Virus record (IMG/VR): IMGVR_UViG_3300032323_003835
Span: 1 to 64,000 of that record
Direction: 5' to 3' (one strand)
Length of the DNA stretch: 64,000 nt
From: a virus
Position 1 is the first letter of the stretch. The number at the start of each line of letters is the position of its first letter. A model generated the notes under the pieces. That model saw only the letters and a program-made list of their open reading frames with translations, did not search any database and was not told the origin of the DNA. Of this stretch, positions 1 through 9,130 are shown piece by piece. The translations under genes and the position numbers were made by a program.

Positions 1-32
1 AGCCCGTCGAGCTACCACTGCTCTACCCTACG
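1..32 (-). tRNA. 5' half of tRNA, probably initiator tRNA-fMet (truncated by window edge)
   Basis: Minus strand CGTAGGG TA GAGC AGTGGTA GCTC G ACGGG CT: D-arm GAGC/GCTC, C1 and GGG at 29-31 as in fMet tRNA. The anticodon itself is outside the window. Confidence 0.75.
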
Positions 33-40
33 ATATAATA

Positions 41-423
41 TGGTGGAGATGAGGGGATTCGAACCCCTGTCTCCGAAAGTAATCATAACACTAACGTTTC
101 ACACGCTTAGTTAGTTTTTCTTGCCTAACAAAATAGATAAAGATTTATACATTCATTATCATTGATGTTTCCAATTCGATTTTGGGTTCAATTGGTATCC
201 ACCTTTATAGCTACTTCTGTTACTGAGCGTATGTAGTCCGGCTCTATTTTTTGATTAGGCAGCTACTGCGTAATCAGCGCCTACGAAAGACATAGCATCT
301 TCGAAGGTCATTGTTGACAATTCGTTGTCGTTTATCTGTTTGTACCTTGATTAAAGAGGATGAGTACCATACCTCTGCGTGTAGTGCTACCATTCGCATC
401 CGGATCAAATGCCAGGCATCCCC
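41..423 (-). ncRNA. ssrA: tmRNA
   Basis: 5' GGGGATG pairs with 3' CATCTCC-ACCA including G3:U70; T-arm GGGGTTCGAATCCCC; internal tag ORF 329..255 (A)DNELSTMTFEDAMSFVGADYAVAA*. Confidence 0.95.
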
Positions 424-438
424 ATATTTTAAAGAACT
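424..438 (-). promoter_or_regulatory. boxA-like element AGTTCTTTAAAATAT directly 5' of tmRNA
   Basis: Identical 15-mer at 31041-31055 before the Y-like RNA; resembles rrn boxA (GYTCTTTAAMA). Confidence 0.6.
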
Positions 439-458
439 AATTAGAAGTTATATATTCC

Positions 459-740
459 CTAATTTGTTTGATTCTTTTTTCTTCTAGTTTTTACGAAGAG
501 ATCCGAGGTTTCAACTCCATTGAATTGTTTTGGATTTGATTTTTTTTCTACAACCTCTGGTTGATTTGCTCGAGCTTGTCTGCTAAACTCGTCATCTATT
601 TTGTCGTTTCCCCAATTTAAAAAATCATCCCCTTTATAATCTGGGTGATTCTTTTGCATGTAATCTATACCTTTTACCCATTGCCAAGAGATTATAGCAA
701 CTACAATAAACATTATTCCATAAATTAAAATGTATTCCAT
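459..740 (-). CDS. small membrane protein, hypothetical
   Basis: N-terminal hydrophobic helix, HPDYKG motif. Confidence 0.7.
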   Translation of the reverse strand: MEYILIYGIMFIVVAIISWQWVKGIDYMQKNHPDYKGDDFLNWGNDKIDDEFSRQARANQPEVVEKKSNPKQFNGVETSDLFVKTRRKKNQTN

Positions 741-748
741 AATGATTG

Positions 749-1348
749 TTATTTTAAAAATTGTAAAATCTTTTCTTTAATCCCTGATTGTTTAATTCCT
801 TCGGTCATCTGTGGTGTCCAAACAAAATTTGTCAAACCCCATTCTCTATTAAAATTTCCATAATGATGTGTGCTAACCGGTATACTCATATTCAGATCGT
901 CGATCGCAACCCAATGTGTTACCTCAGGATGTTCCTTTATCCATTCGAGTATTTCGAAATGTCTTTCTTGCTCTAGCTCGCTATATCTTTCCCATGGAAA
1001 ATCATCAAACCCTGGGATTTTACCAGCAGCCTGAAGATCTCTAAAAAATGCTGTTGAGTCTATCGGTCGTTTTATGATTCCCTGAGATTCGTAATATTCA
1101 CCAAGTTCTTCGACTGTCGCCCAGCGTTTCCAATCCGAGCTGACCACTATTTCTGCTCCTGTTTCTTCTAAGATAGAATTCAGAACGTCGATTGACTTTC
1201 TGTCAAAGTTATCAAATCTAACTTCAACCGGGAGTTCTTTGATCTCTTGACTCATCTTACGTCCATATTCTTTTTGCTTCTTATGTCTACCTCCCCAATT
1301 ACTAGAGAGACATATCACTCCGTCGTGATCTAAAAATATTACTTTCAT
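749..1348 (-). CDS. HAD-superfamily phosphatase (HAD_SAK-like, RNA-repair associated)
   Basis: FLDHDGV, IVVSSDW, WVAIDD motifs. Confidence 0.8.
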   Translation of the reverse strand: MKVIFLDHDGVICLSSNWGGRHKKQKEYGRKMSQEIKELPVEVRFDNFDRKSIDVLNSILEETGAEIVVSSDWKRWATVEELGEYYESQGIIKRPIDSTAFFRDLQAAGKIPGFDDFPWERYSELEQERHFEILEWIKEHPEVTHWVAIDDLNMSIPVSTHHYGNFNREWGLTNFVWTPQMTEGIKQSGIKEKILQFLK

Positions 1349-1370
1349 ACGTTCTTTATATTTTTATATT

Positions 1371-1655
1371 TTACCAAGTATCAAAATCTGTTAAATCTAA
1401 CTTATCCCCGTCGGATGCGGTCACCTCGACAATTTCTCCAATTCCAGTTGGGGTGAAACAAAATGTATAAGCCCCGCCTACAGCTCCCACGTAAAGTTCC
1501 CCATCTTTTTTGGTTTTGGCTCTTCTCCATCTTTGATATTTTTTATACTGCTTCTCTGTTATCTCAAAGGTCAATACTACCTTTTGCTTTTCTGGCGGAG
1601 TGTAAGTTCCATTAGCCATTGCTTTAACTTTCTCCTTTATTCTCTTTGATATCAT
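1371..1655 (-). CDS. hypothetical protein
   Basis: ORF coupled to upstream gene; GAVGGAYTFCFTPTGIG motif. Confidence 0.7.
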   Translation of the reverse strand: MISKRIKEKVKAMANGTYTPPEKQKVVLTFEITEKQYKKYQRWRRAKTKKDGELYVGAVGGAYTFCFTPTGIGEIVEVTASDGDKLDLTDFDTW

Positions 1656-2434
1656 ATCTCTAATATAAATGGGGCAATTTCAGATTCTTCGTTATATTCG
1701 ATATAATCGGTTATCCAAATTTTATACCCTCTCTTATTTTCCTTTTCTACTAGCTTCTTCTGTGGGGTATGACCTACGATTTGATGAAGATCTACTCCGT
1801 CTTCCTCAAGTTGCTTAGGTCGAACCCAAAGCGGACCTCCATACATGCTCCAGCCTCCGCTTGCTCCATCAACCTGAAATATTTGGGGAAGTTCCATTTC
1901 GTATGCCTGATTAAGTACTGCCCCCTCTTTTCCTAATTTCTTTAATTCCGGGTTGTGTTTTAGTATGTCGCTTAGTACAGGTTTCAATAAACCAGCATGT
2001 GTCCAGAGATAATCCCCTTCATGGTATGCCATCTGGAAGAGATCGTTATTATCTCTAAATAATATTTGTAGATCCCACTGTGCCTCTGGTCTAAATCCAC
2101 TACATATTTGGTTGGGTATAAAGTATTGAACATCGTGATTTCCCCACAAGAGAACCACTTTATCCGGCATCGACTTTTTGAAAAGTATAATATCTTCCAG
2201 GTTCTTTTTTATTGCAACATTACTAATAGTAAAGCTATCGACATAATCCCCGATAAAAATTATCTTATCCACGTTAAAGTATGGATAGTCATTCTTAAAT
2301 AATTCATCATTAGGGTTTGCTCCTTCTTCTATCATGGTAACCCACTGCTCAAATTCATAGCTGCTACCGTGGGTCATGAATTTCCATGTATCTCTACCGT
2401 GAACATCTCCTATCGTCATTATCTTTTTTGCCAT
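1652..2434 (-). CDS. calcineurin-like metallophosphoesterase
   Basis: GDVHG, GDYVD, GNHD, THAG, GHT motifs. Confidence 0.9.
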   Translation of the reverse strand: MAKKIMTIGDVHGRDTWKFMTHGSSYEFEQWVTMIEEGANPNDELFKNDYPYFNVDKIIFIGDYVDSFTISNVAIKKNLEDIILFKKSMPDKVVLLWGNHDVQYFIPNQICSGFRPEAQWDLQILFRDNNDLFQMAYHEGDYLWTHAGLLKPVLSDILKHNPELKKLGKEGAVLNQAYEMELPQIFQVDGASGGWSMYGGPLWVRPKQLEEDGVDLHQIVGHTPQKKLVEKENKRGYKIWITDYIEYNEESEIAPFILEI

Positions 2435-2539
2435 GTCGTAAATGTAATATAATTCCCCGTATTTATATAATGTAATACCCCTTGTCTCGGACTAAGTTTC
2501 ATACAATGAAATCTTTCCCCCCACGATCGATAAAATAAA

Positions 2540-3271
2540 ATGATGGTATTAAATTTAGATTACATAAAATCAAGACTAACAAAAGACGGGGAAACCCCAG
2601 TTCCTTTCCGCTGGTCTCACGGGGCAACCGATACCGATCTGGGAGATGGCCTATTGATTTATTCCCTAATACAGTTTACAAGATCAAAAAATTGTGTATG
2701 TATAGGCAGCGGCGGGGGATTCATTCCCCGAATAATGACGCAGGCAAGAATAGATTTACATGGTTCAGGAATATTTCACGGAAATCCCGATTATAACTGG
2801 GGAGACATAGGAGCAACTTATGTGGTCGATCCATGCAATGGGATAGGTGGACAATCTAATATGATGGATGAGTCTGGTTTTTATAGGTCTAATTTTCATC
2901 CCAGATTTATAAAAGAGACATCGGAAAAAGCATTTTACGATTTCTTTATCGTACAGGACATTAAAATAGATTTCCTATTTATAGACGGGGATCATTCGTA
3001 TGATGGGGTTTCTAAGGATTTTAATCTGTACAGCACTATAATGGAAAAGAATGGAATAATTGCTATACACGACACTGATCCTAACTTTTCAGAAAACTAT
3101 ATAATATCCGAGGATCAGAAAAAAGATTTTCATGATTTTTCAGGACCTTCACAATTTATAAAAGATTTTAATAACGAAGAATGGGAGACATTTAATCTAT
3201 TTAATTATGGAAGATTAAAGGAAAAACCATCTTCAAGCGGTATAACCATATTAAAAAGAAAAAATGCTTAG
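2540..3271 (+). CDS. class I SAM-dependent methyltransferase (Methyltransf_24-like)
   Basis: IGSGGG, FIDGDHSY, IAIHD motifs. Confidence 0.85.
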   Translation: MMVLNLDYIKSRLTKDGETPVPFRWSHGATDTDLGDGLLIYSLIQFTRSKNCVCIGSGGGFIPRIMTQARIDLHGSGIFHGNPDYNWGDIGATYVVDPCNGIGGQSNMMDESGFYRSNFHPRFIKETSEKAFYDFFIVQDIKIDFLFIDGDHSYDGVSKDFNLYSTIMEKNGIIAIHDTDPNFSENYIISEDQKKDFHDFSGPSQFIKDFNNEEWETFNLFNYGRLKEKPSSSGITILKRKNA

Positions 3272-4109
3272 AGTCATATCAGTAATAGGTCATGGAGTTG
3301 ATCTTATCCCTCATTTCATAGAACACTACAATAAGTTTAGTGTTGATGAAATATTACTATACGTTTACGAATCAGATCTTTATCCAGACCTGGAAAGACA
3401 AGTCTCAGAAAAAATAAAGAATTATAAGAATGTAAAAATCTGCGGATCACAAAAAAGCAGGGTTTTCGATTGGGAGGAGGTAACAAGAATTTATAATTTC
3501 TGTAAATCCAAGCATCCTAACGATTGGTGGATAGTTGCAGATATTGATGAATTTCATCTTTATAACGACCACCCAAGAAGAATATCGGATGTCTGTGAAA
3601 AAAATGGATGGGATTTGGTCAGAGGTGGCTTTGTTGATAGAATGGGAACTGACGGAGAATTTCCTAGAATAAGAACCAGAAAAGATATATTCTCTCAATT
3701 TCCTCTTGCCGGATTTTTTAGATATCCGCTAAGTAATGCTTGTCCAAATAAGATTTGTTTAATGAGGGGATATGTTGAAATAACGTCAGGCCAGCACTAT
3801 GCAAAGATAGATGGATACACAACATGGAAATGGCAAGGATGGGCTCACCCTTTAATTGCCCCGATAGAAAAATACTCAGTTCAGGTACATCATTTTAAAT
3901 GGGATTCTACCTGTTTGGAAAGAATCAAAGCTGTGGCAGACATAAATTCACAATATGCATTTTCTCTCGAATATAAAAAGATGTACGATGCTATAATAGG
4001 GAACAAACTTGACGTAAATAATCCGGACTTTATGTTTGAAGAGAATGTAAACAGCTACGACGGATACACGTCTTGGAAGAAACTAATAAATAAAATAATA
4101 TCAATTTAA
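3264..4109 (+). CDS. glycosyltransferase family 2-like (Glyco_tranf_2_4)
   Basis: FIEHY, WWIVADIDEF (DxD), GQH, HHFKW. Confidence 0.8.
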   Translation: MLRVISVIGHGVDLIPHFIEHYNKFSVDEILLYVYESDLYPDLERQVSEKIKNYKNVKICGSQKSRVFDWEEVTRIYNFCKSKHPNDWWIVADIDEFHLYNDHPRRISDVCEKNGWDLVRGGFVDRMGTDGEFPRIRTRKDIFSQFPLAGFFRYPLSNACPNKICLMRGYVEITSGQHYAKIDGYTTWKWQGWAHPLIAPIEKYSVQVHHFKWDSTCLERIKAVADINSQYAFSLEYKKMYDAIIGNKLDVNNPDFMFEENVNSYDGYTSWKKLINKIISI

Positions 4110-4119
4110 ATTAAAAATC

Positions 4120-4329
4120 ATGGCAGCAGCTAAAAAACCCACGGAAATTAACAACGATCTAGAACTTCGTAAAGTAAAAGCACTGGAAAAAATATCTAAT
4201 TCGTTAGAAGATATTTCTATGTGGTTAGAAGACATAGACAAGGATGAGTGGAGTAACAGAATTCAACACTATCTTTCTGAATTTTTAGGGGTTGCTTCTG
4301 GGAAAAAGGATGATAATATAAATGAATAA
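4120..4329 (+). CDS. hypothetical protein
   Basis: In-operon ORF overlapping the next start. Confidence 0.7.
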   Translation: MAAAKKPTEINNDLELRKVKALEKISNSLEDISMWLEDIDKDEWSNRIQHYLSEFLGVASGKKDDNINE

Positions 4330-5731
4330 AAAATTAGGTATAATAGTTCCGCACAGGAATAGATGGGATCATCTGAACGAATTCAGAGCTAAAATATCTG
4401 TGTACTTACATTCCAAAGGGATACCATTTGAGCTAATAGTGATAAATCAAGATGATGCTAGGCAATTCAACAGAGGAATGATTTTGAATATAGGATTCAA
4501 ATACGCAAGAAAACTTAGATGTGATTACATTGTATTTCATGATGTTGATCTTATTCCCGTAGATGCTGATTATTCATATTCGGAATATCCGGTTCATCTT
4601 GCTACGAAAGTTATTGACGCAGATACTAAAGAAATAAAAAAAGCAGCAGACCAATACTTTGGCGGGGTTACACTCTTCCCTATTGATGAATTTAGAAAAA
4701 TAGACGGATATTCAAATAAGTATTGGGGATGGGGGTTTGAAGATGATGACTTATTTCTAAGGTGTAAGAGAAATGGATCTTTGATGGGTGAAAAAAAGAT
4801 AAACAATTCAAGGACTGGTAGATTCACGTCTCTTCTTTTCAACGGGAAAGACTCATACGTTAGAGCTAAAAACACAATTGACTTAGATAAGGATTTAACT
4901 ATATTTTTATCATTCAATCCTGTTGGAATGATGTATGATCCTGAGAAGGATTTTGACAATTTCACAGCATTTAGTATACCTGGATATGATACTGCAATAT
5001 CTTATAATTCATTTATGAGATATAATTTCTGTACGTTTGATGAATCCGGTAAAGCATACTATGTCAATTCCGACATAAAACCTAATTACCAAACAAATAT
5101 TTGTGCTACGGTAAATGCAAAAACCAGAAGGATCCTAATATACCAGGACGGGATTCTTATAGGTGAAACCGGGGGATTTAAAACCCCATATTCTTACGAG
5201 GATCAAAGATATTTTTATCTAGGTGCAGGAAATCCAAAAAGGAAAGGAGATCCTAATTTCTATTCTGGATTCATAGACACTTTTGGAATAATAGAAAAAG
5301 AATTATCACAGGAGGAAATCACAGATCTTTCTAAAACTAGGGATTTTTCCGGATATAAGGATTCAGGAATTCTTCACCTTCATTATGATTCAGATTTTAT
5401 AGAATCGTATAAACTGAAAGATCTTTCCGGAAACGGAAATGATGGATCTATATTCAAATGTGAAATATTGGAAAGAAAGGTAAACAAGCACGAGGTGATT
5501 GACATTCCGATGAGGAGAGAATGCACATTCGTATCTTTAAAACATGAGGAGAATGGATTTTTTGAAAACAAATGGAAAGATAAAGCGACCAGATGGAATC
5601 AATTAAGATTTCATAATGAGATACTTCTCGATAATAATTTAATAAAAGGAGATGGATTAAAGGATCTTAAATTCACAGAACATGGAAAAACCGAAATCTC
5701 CAATGTAACACAAATCAACGTAGGAATATGA
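4322..5731 (+). CDS. GT7 (beta-1,4-galactosyltransferase-like) glycosyltransferase with inserted LamG/ConA domain
   Basis: IIVPHRNR, FNRG, FHDVD, YFGGV, GYSNKYWGWGFEDDD; LamG motifs LLFNGKDSYV...DLSGNGNDG. Confidence 0.88.
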   Translation: MNKKLGIIVPHRNRWDHLNEFRAKISVYLHSKGIPFELIVINQDDARQFNRGMILNIGFKYARKLRCDYIVFHDVDLIPVDADYSYSEYPVHLATKVIDADTKEIKKAADQYFGGVTLFPIDEFRKIDGYSNKYWGWGFEDDDLFLRCKRNGSLMGEKKINNSRTGRFTSLLFNGKDSYVRAKNTIDLDKDLTIFLSFNPVGMMYDPEKDFDNFTAFSIPGYDTAISYNSFMRYNFCTFDESGKAYYVNSDIKPNYQTNICATVNAKTRRILIYQDGILIGETGGFKTPYSYEDQRYFYLGAGNPKRKGDPNFYSGFIDTFGIIEKELSQEEITDLSKTRDFSGYKDSGILHLHYDSDFIESYKLKDLSGNGNDGSIFKCEILERKVNKHEVIDIPMRRECTFVSLKHEENGFFENKWKDKATRWNQLRFHNEILLDNNLIKGDGLKDLKFTEHGKTEISNVTQINVGI

Positions 5732-7170
5732 GTCATAAATTAGGAATCTGTATACCTTACAGAAACAGATACGAACATTTGCAAAAATTAGTACCACATT
5801 TAACTGAATTTCTCAATAAAAGAGGAATAGAACACAGATTTTATGTTGCGCATCAGGCAGACGATAAGTTATTCAATAGAGGTTTGATGAAGAATATCGC
5901 TGCTAAATTTGCATTTGATGATGGATGTGATTACATAGCATGGCACGATATAGATATGATCCCGATCTCTGAAGAGTGTGATTATTCATATCCGGAAAAA
6001 ACTCCGGTTCATATTGCTACCAAACTTTCCAAATATGATTTCAAATTGAATTATGAGCAGTACTTTGGTGGTGTGGTTCTTTTTACCCGGGATCAAGTTG
6101 AAAGGACTAATGGATATTCCAATAATTATTGGGACTGGGGGATGGAGGACGATGATTTGTTTTACAGAGCTCATTTTGAAGGATACTCTAATTCTAGAAC
6201 ATACAAGAAATACAAGAAGAAAAGAGTAGCTGTATTTAATGGCGATAATTCTTCTATAAAAATTCATACTAAAAAAGAGATGAATGAATTGTTTAGCAGA
6301 GATCACACAGTTGCTATACTTTTCAAACCTGAACAACAGAATGAAAAATATAAAGAATGGCTGATAGGTGAAAATGATAAATCATTTATAGAATTTCCTG
6401 TATTTAGAAAGCAAAGCTATTGTCCATATTCAATAAACTTCAACAACTCAAGAGCTGTTAGTAGTATTGTTTATGATTCAGGAAAGTCAATGGTCTACAA
6501 CTGGCTAAAAAGAAGCGATGATGTTTGGTCATGGGTTACTACCTCATACAGATCTATGGATTCTAAATTTAGATTCTTTCTTAACGATGAACTTGGAAAA
6601 TCCAATGAGAAGGGAATAAAAGAGGAACTGTCAACTCATCTTATCGGGGGGATGTTTAATTACGACGATCTTAGTCCAATCTATTTGGGAACCAATGCTG
6701 ATAAATCAAACCCTATAAATTTTCGGGGGGAGATTGCTGAATTGATTATATTTGATAAATTTATAGACGATCCCAAGAAAATATCAGATTTTCATTCTAA
6801 AAAAATAAAACCAGTTCTTCATTACAATTTCCAGAATGAGGAGGACTCTAAGATACTGGATGAAGTAAAAGGTATTAGAGGTGATTGTAAAAATGTGTTT
6901 TTTACAGAAAGAGATATTTTGGTTAGTGACATACCTATACCGTTCAGGAGAGAAGGAAACTTTGAATGTATGCCTCATGTAGATGAAGGACTCGTTAATA
7001 ACACATGGGCTAAGGGAGAAACCACAGCAAAAAATGAAAGAAGATTTGTAACCGAGATGCAAAGAAGAAAACTTGATTACAAAAGCGATGGTATTAATAA
7101 TATGAAGTACGAATTGATCAGCACAAAAGATCTTGGTAATAATGTACTTCTGATAAATTGTAAAGCATAA
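5728..7170 (+). CDS. GT7 glycosyltransferase with inserted LamG domain (paralog)
   Basis: IPYRNR, FNRG, WHDID, YFGGV, GYSNNYWDWGMEDDD; FNGDNSSI...FRGEIAEL. Confidence 0.88.
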   Translation: MSHKLGICIPYRNRYEHLQKLVPHLTEFLNKRGIEHRFYVAHQADDKLFNRGLMKNIAAKFAFDDGCDYIAWHDIDMIPISEECDYSYPEKTPVHIATKLSKYDFKLNYEQYFGGVVLFTRDQVERTNGYSNNYWDWGMEDDDLFYRAHFEGYSNSRTYKKYKKKRVAVFNGDNSSIKIHTKKEMNELFSRDHTVAILFKPEQQNEKYKEWLIGENDKSFIEFPVFRKQSYCPYSINFNNSRAVSSIVYDSGKSMVYNWLKRSDDVWSWVTTSYRSMDSKFRFFLNDELGKSNEKGIKEELSTHLIGGMFNYDDLSPIYLGTNADKSNPINFRGEIAELIIFDKFIDDPKKISDFHSKKIKPVLHYNFQNEEDSKILDEVKGIRGDCKNVFFTERDILVSDIPIPFRREGNFECMPHVDEGLVNNTWAKGETTAKNERRFVTEMQRRKLDYKSDGINNMKYELISTKDLGNNVLLINCKA

Positions 7171-8555
7171 TGAACGACCAGAGAATTTTTGGGGAAACCA
7201 AAAAAGAATTAAATTCCGTTGGATGCGGAATGTGTTTAGCTAAATGGACACAAGTAACTATGCACTTACATAATGGCATGACACATTCATGTCACCATCC
7301 CATACCTCATAAAATACCTCTAAGTGAACTTGAAAATAATCCATCTGCACTTCACAACACAAGACACAAGAAGAAGGTAAGAAGAGAAATGTTGATGGGG
7401 AAAAGACCTAAGGAATGTAATTACTGCTGGAAGGTTGAAGACTCATCAGAATCTTTTTCTGACCGTATTTTTAAAAGCTCGGAGCCCTGGTCATTTCCCC
7501 ACATGAAAGAGATTAGTGAATCCAGATGGAGTGAAGATTATAATCCAAAATATGTTGAGGTAAACTTTTCTAATACATGCAACTTTAAATGTTCTTACTG
7601 TAGTCCTATGTTTTCTTCAAAGTGGATGGAGGAGATAGAAAATCACGGTGGTTATCCAACTTCTACGGATTTCAACAATCTTAGTTGGCCTAGAGAAACT
7701 GGACAAATCCCGTATAAGCATTCAGAAGAAAATCCTTACGTGAAAGCATTCTGGGAATGGTGGCCAGATCTATATCACGATCTACACACATTTAGAATAA
7801 CAGGAGGTGAACCACTTTTATCAAAGGATACGTGGAGGTTGTTGGAATTTATAGCAAATACCGATAATCCGAATAAAAAATTAAATCTATCAATCAATAC
7901 CAATCTTGGTGTACCAAAAAACCTGATTGAAAGATTCGTTAAGCTTTGTAAGAAGATAATTGACGAGGGAAGAGTAAACGAGCTTATAGTTTTTACATCT
8001 TGTGAAGCTTGGAAAGAACAAGCAGAATACATACGTTTTGGGCTCAATTTTGACGACTTTTTTGAAAACATAGAAATGATATTAACAGAACTTCCCAAGG
8101 TGACAGTGAACGTTATGGCAACGTTTAACGCTATGTCAGTATTCGGATATTCCAAATTAATAGAAAAGATTTTTCAGCTGAAGAAAAAATATCAAAATAA
8201 AGAAAGATACTGGATATCCGCAATCCAACTCGATACCTCATATCTAAGATGGCCAGAGCATCAGTCGGTAAAAATATTGTACGACGAGCACAAAGAACTC
8301 ATATTTAAGGCTGCACAGAAAGCATTCTATTATGCTACACCCGAGTTCAATCACGATAATTACGGATTTTCTGACGTTGAGATACAAAAAATAAAAAGAA
8401 CATACGATTACGCGATAGCGGAGGACGGATTCGATGTTGAAAAAAACAGGAAGGATTTTGTCGCATTTGTTGATGAACATGATAAGAGAAGAGGAACAGA
8501 TTTCATAAAAACATTTCCCGAACTAAAAAAATTCTACGAAGATGTTAAAAATTAA
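7170..8555 (+). CDS. radical SAM enzyme with N-terminal Cys (twitch-like) domain
   Basis: CNFKCSYC, ITGGEP; CLAKW, SCHH, ECNYCW. Confidence 0.9.
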   Translation: MNDQRIFGETKKELNSVGCGMCLAKWTQVTMHLHNGMTHSCHHPIPHKIPLSELENNPSALHNTRHKKKVRREMLMGKRPKECNYCWKVEDSSESFSDRIFKSSEPWSFPHMKEISESRWSEDYNPKYVEVNFSNTCNFKCSYCSPMFSSKWMEEIENHGGYPTSTDFNNLSWPRETGQIPYKHSEENPYVKAFWEWWPDLYHDLHTFRITGGEPLLSKDTWRLLEFIANTDNPNKKLNLSINTNLGVPKNLIERFVKLCKKIIDEGRVNELIVFTSCEAWKEQAEYIRFGLNFDDFFENIEMILTELPKVTVNVMATFNAMSVFGYSKLIEKIFQLKKKYQNKERYWISAIQLDTSYLRWPEHQSVKILYDEHKELIFKAAQKAFYYATPEFNHDNYGFSDVEIQKIKRTYDYAIAEDGFDVEKNRKDFVAFVDEHDKRRGTDFIKTFPELKKFYEDVKN

Positions 8556-9123
8556 AGAAGGTGAACCCTGGATAATGTGGCCAAATATATTAGGGCAAAA
8601 ATTTATAAAAGACCCAGCAAATCATGTATTTGATCATGAGGGAGACTTTAGCTTTAGACTTATCTTTGAGCTAGAAGAAGCCGTAACAAAAAAATCTACG
8701 CTCTTTGCAAAGCTACCCAGTTATTTTGGAATAGACCTGGAAGATTATGGGATTTTATTAATAGTTACTGATAATTCAGGTAAAACTGAATATCTAACAT
8801 GCAATTTTCAATGGGAGCCAAATATAAAATATGAGCTGTTGATCACAAAAGAACAGGAAGCAATAACTGTCTATATTGACGGAAATGCTTTGACCTTATA
8901 TTTCATAGCGGATAAGTTGGCAGCGGACCCAAATTCCCATATCATATTTGGTGCTGGTAATTTCCCTAAAAATGGATTTAATCTTAATTATTTAGGGGTA
9001 ATACTTCATGAATTAGAAATTATAAGGGACAGCGAAACTATAAGTAAGCACGTCTTCGAAGAATTCATACACGGGAAAAGCTACGATTTAACAGAAAATT
9101 GCAATTTTCTACATCAAATATAA
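8542..9123 (+). CDS. hypothetical, ConA/LamG-like beta-sandwich
   Basis: ITVYIDG, IFGAG, DLTENCN pattern typical of LamG. Confidence 0.55.
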   Translation: MLKIKEGEPWIMWPNILGQKFIKDPANHVFDHEGDFSFRLIFELEEAVTKKSTLFAKLPSYFGIDLEDYGILLIVTDNSGKTEYLTCNFQWEPNIKYELLITKEQEAITVYIDGNALTLYFIADKLAADPNSHIIFGAGNFPKNGFNLNYLGVILHELEIIRDSETISKHVFEEFIHGKSYDLTENCNFLHQI

Positions 9124-9130
9124 TTAGACT

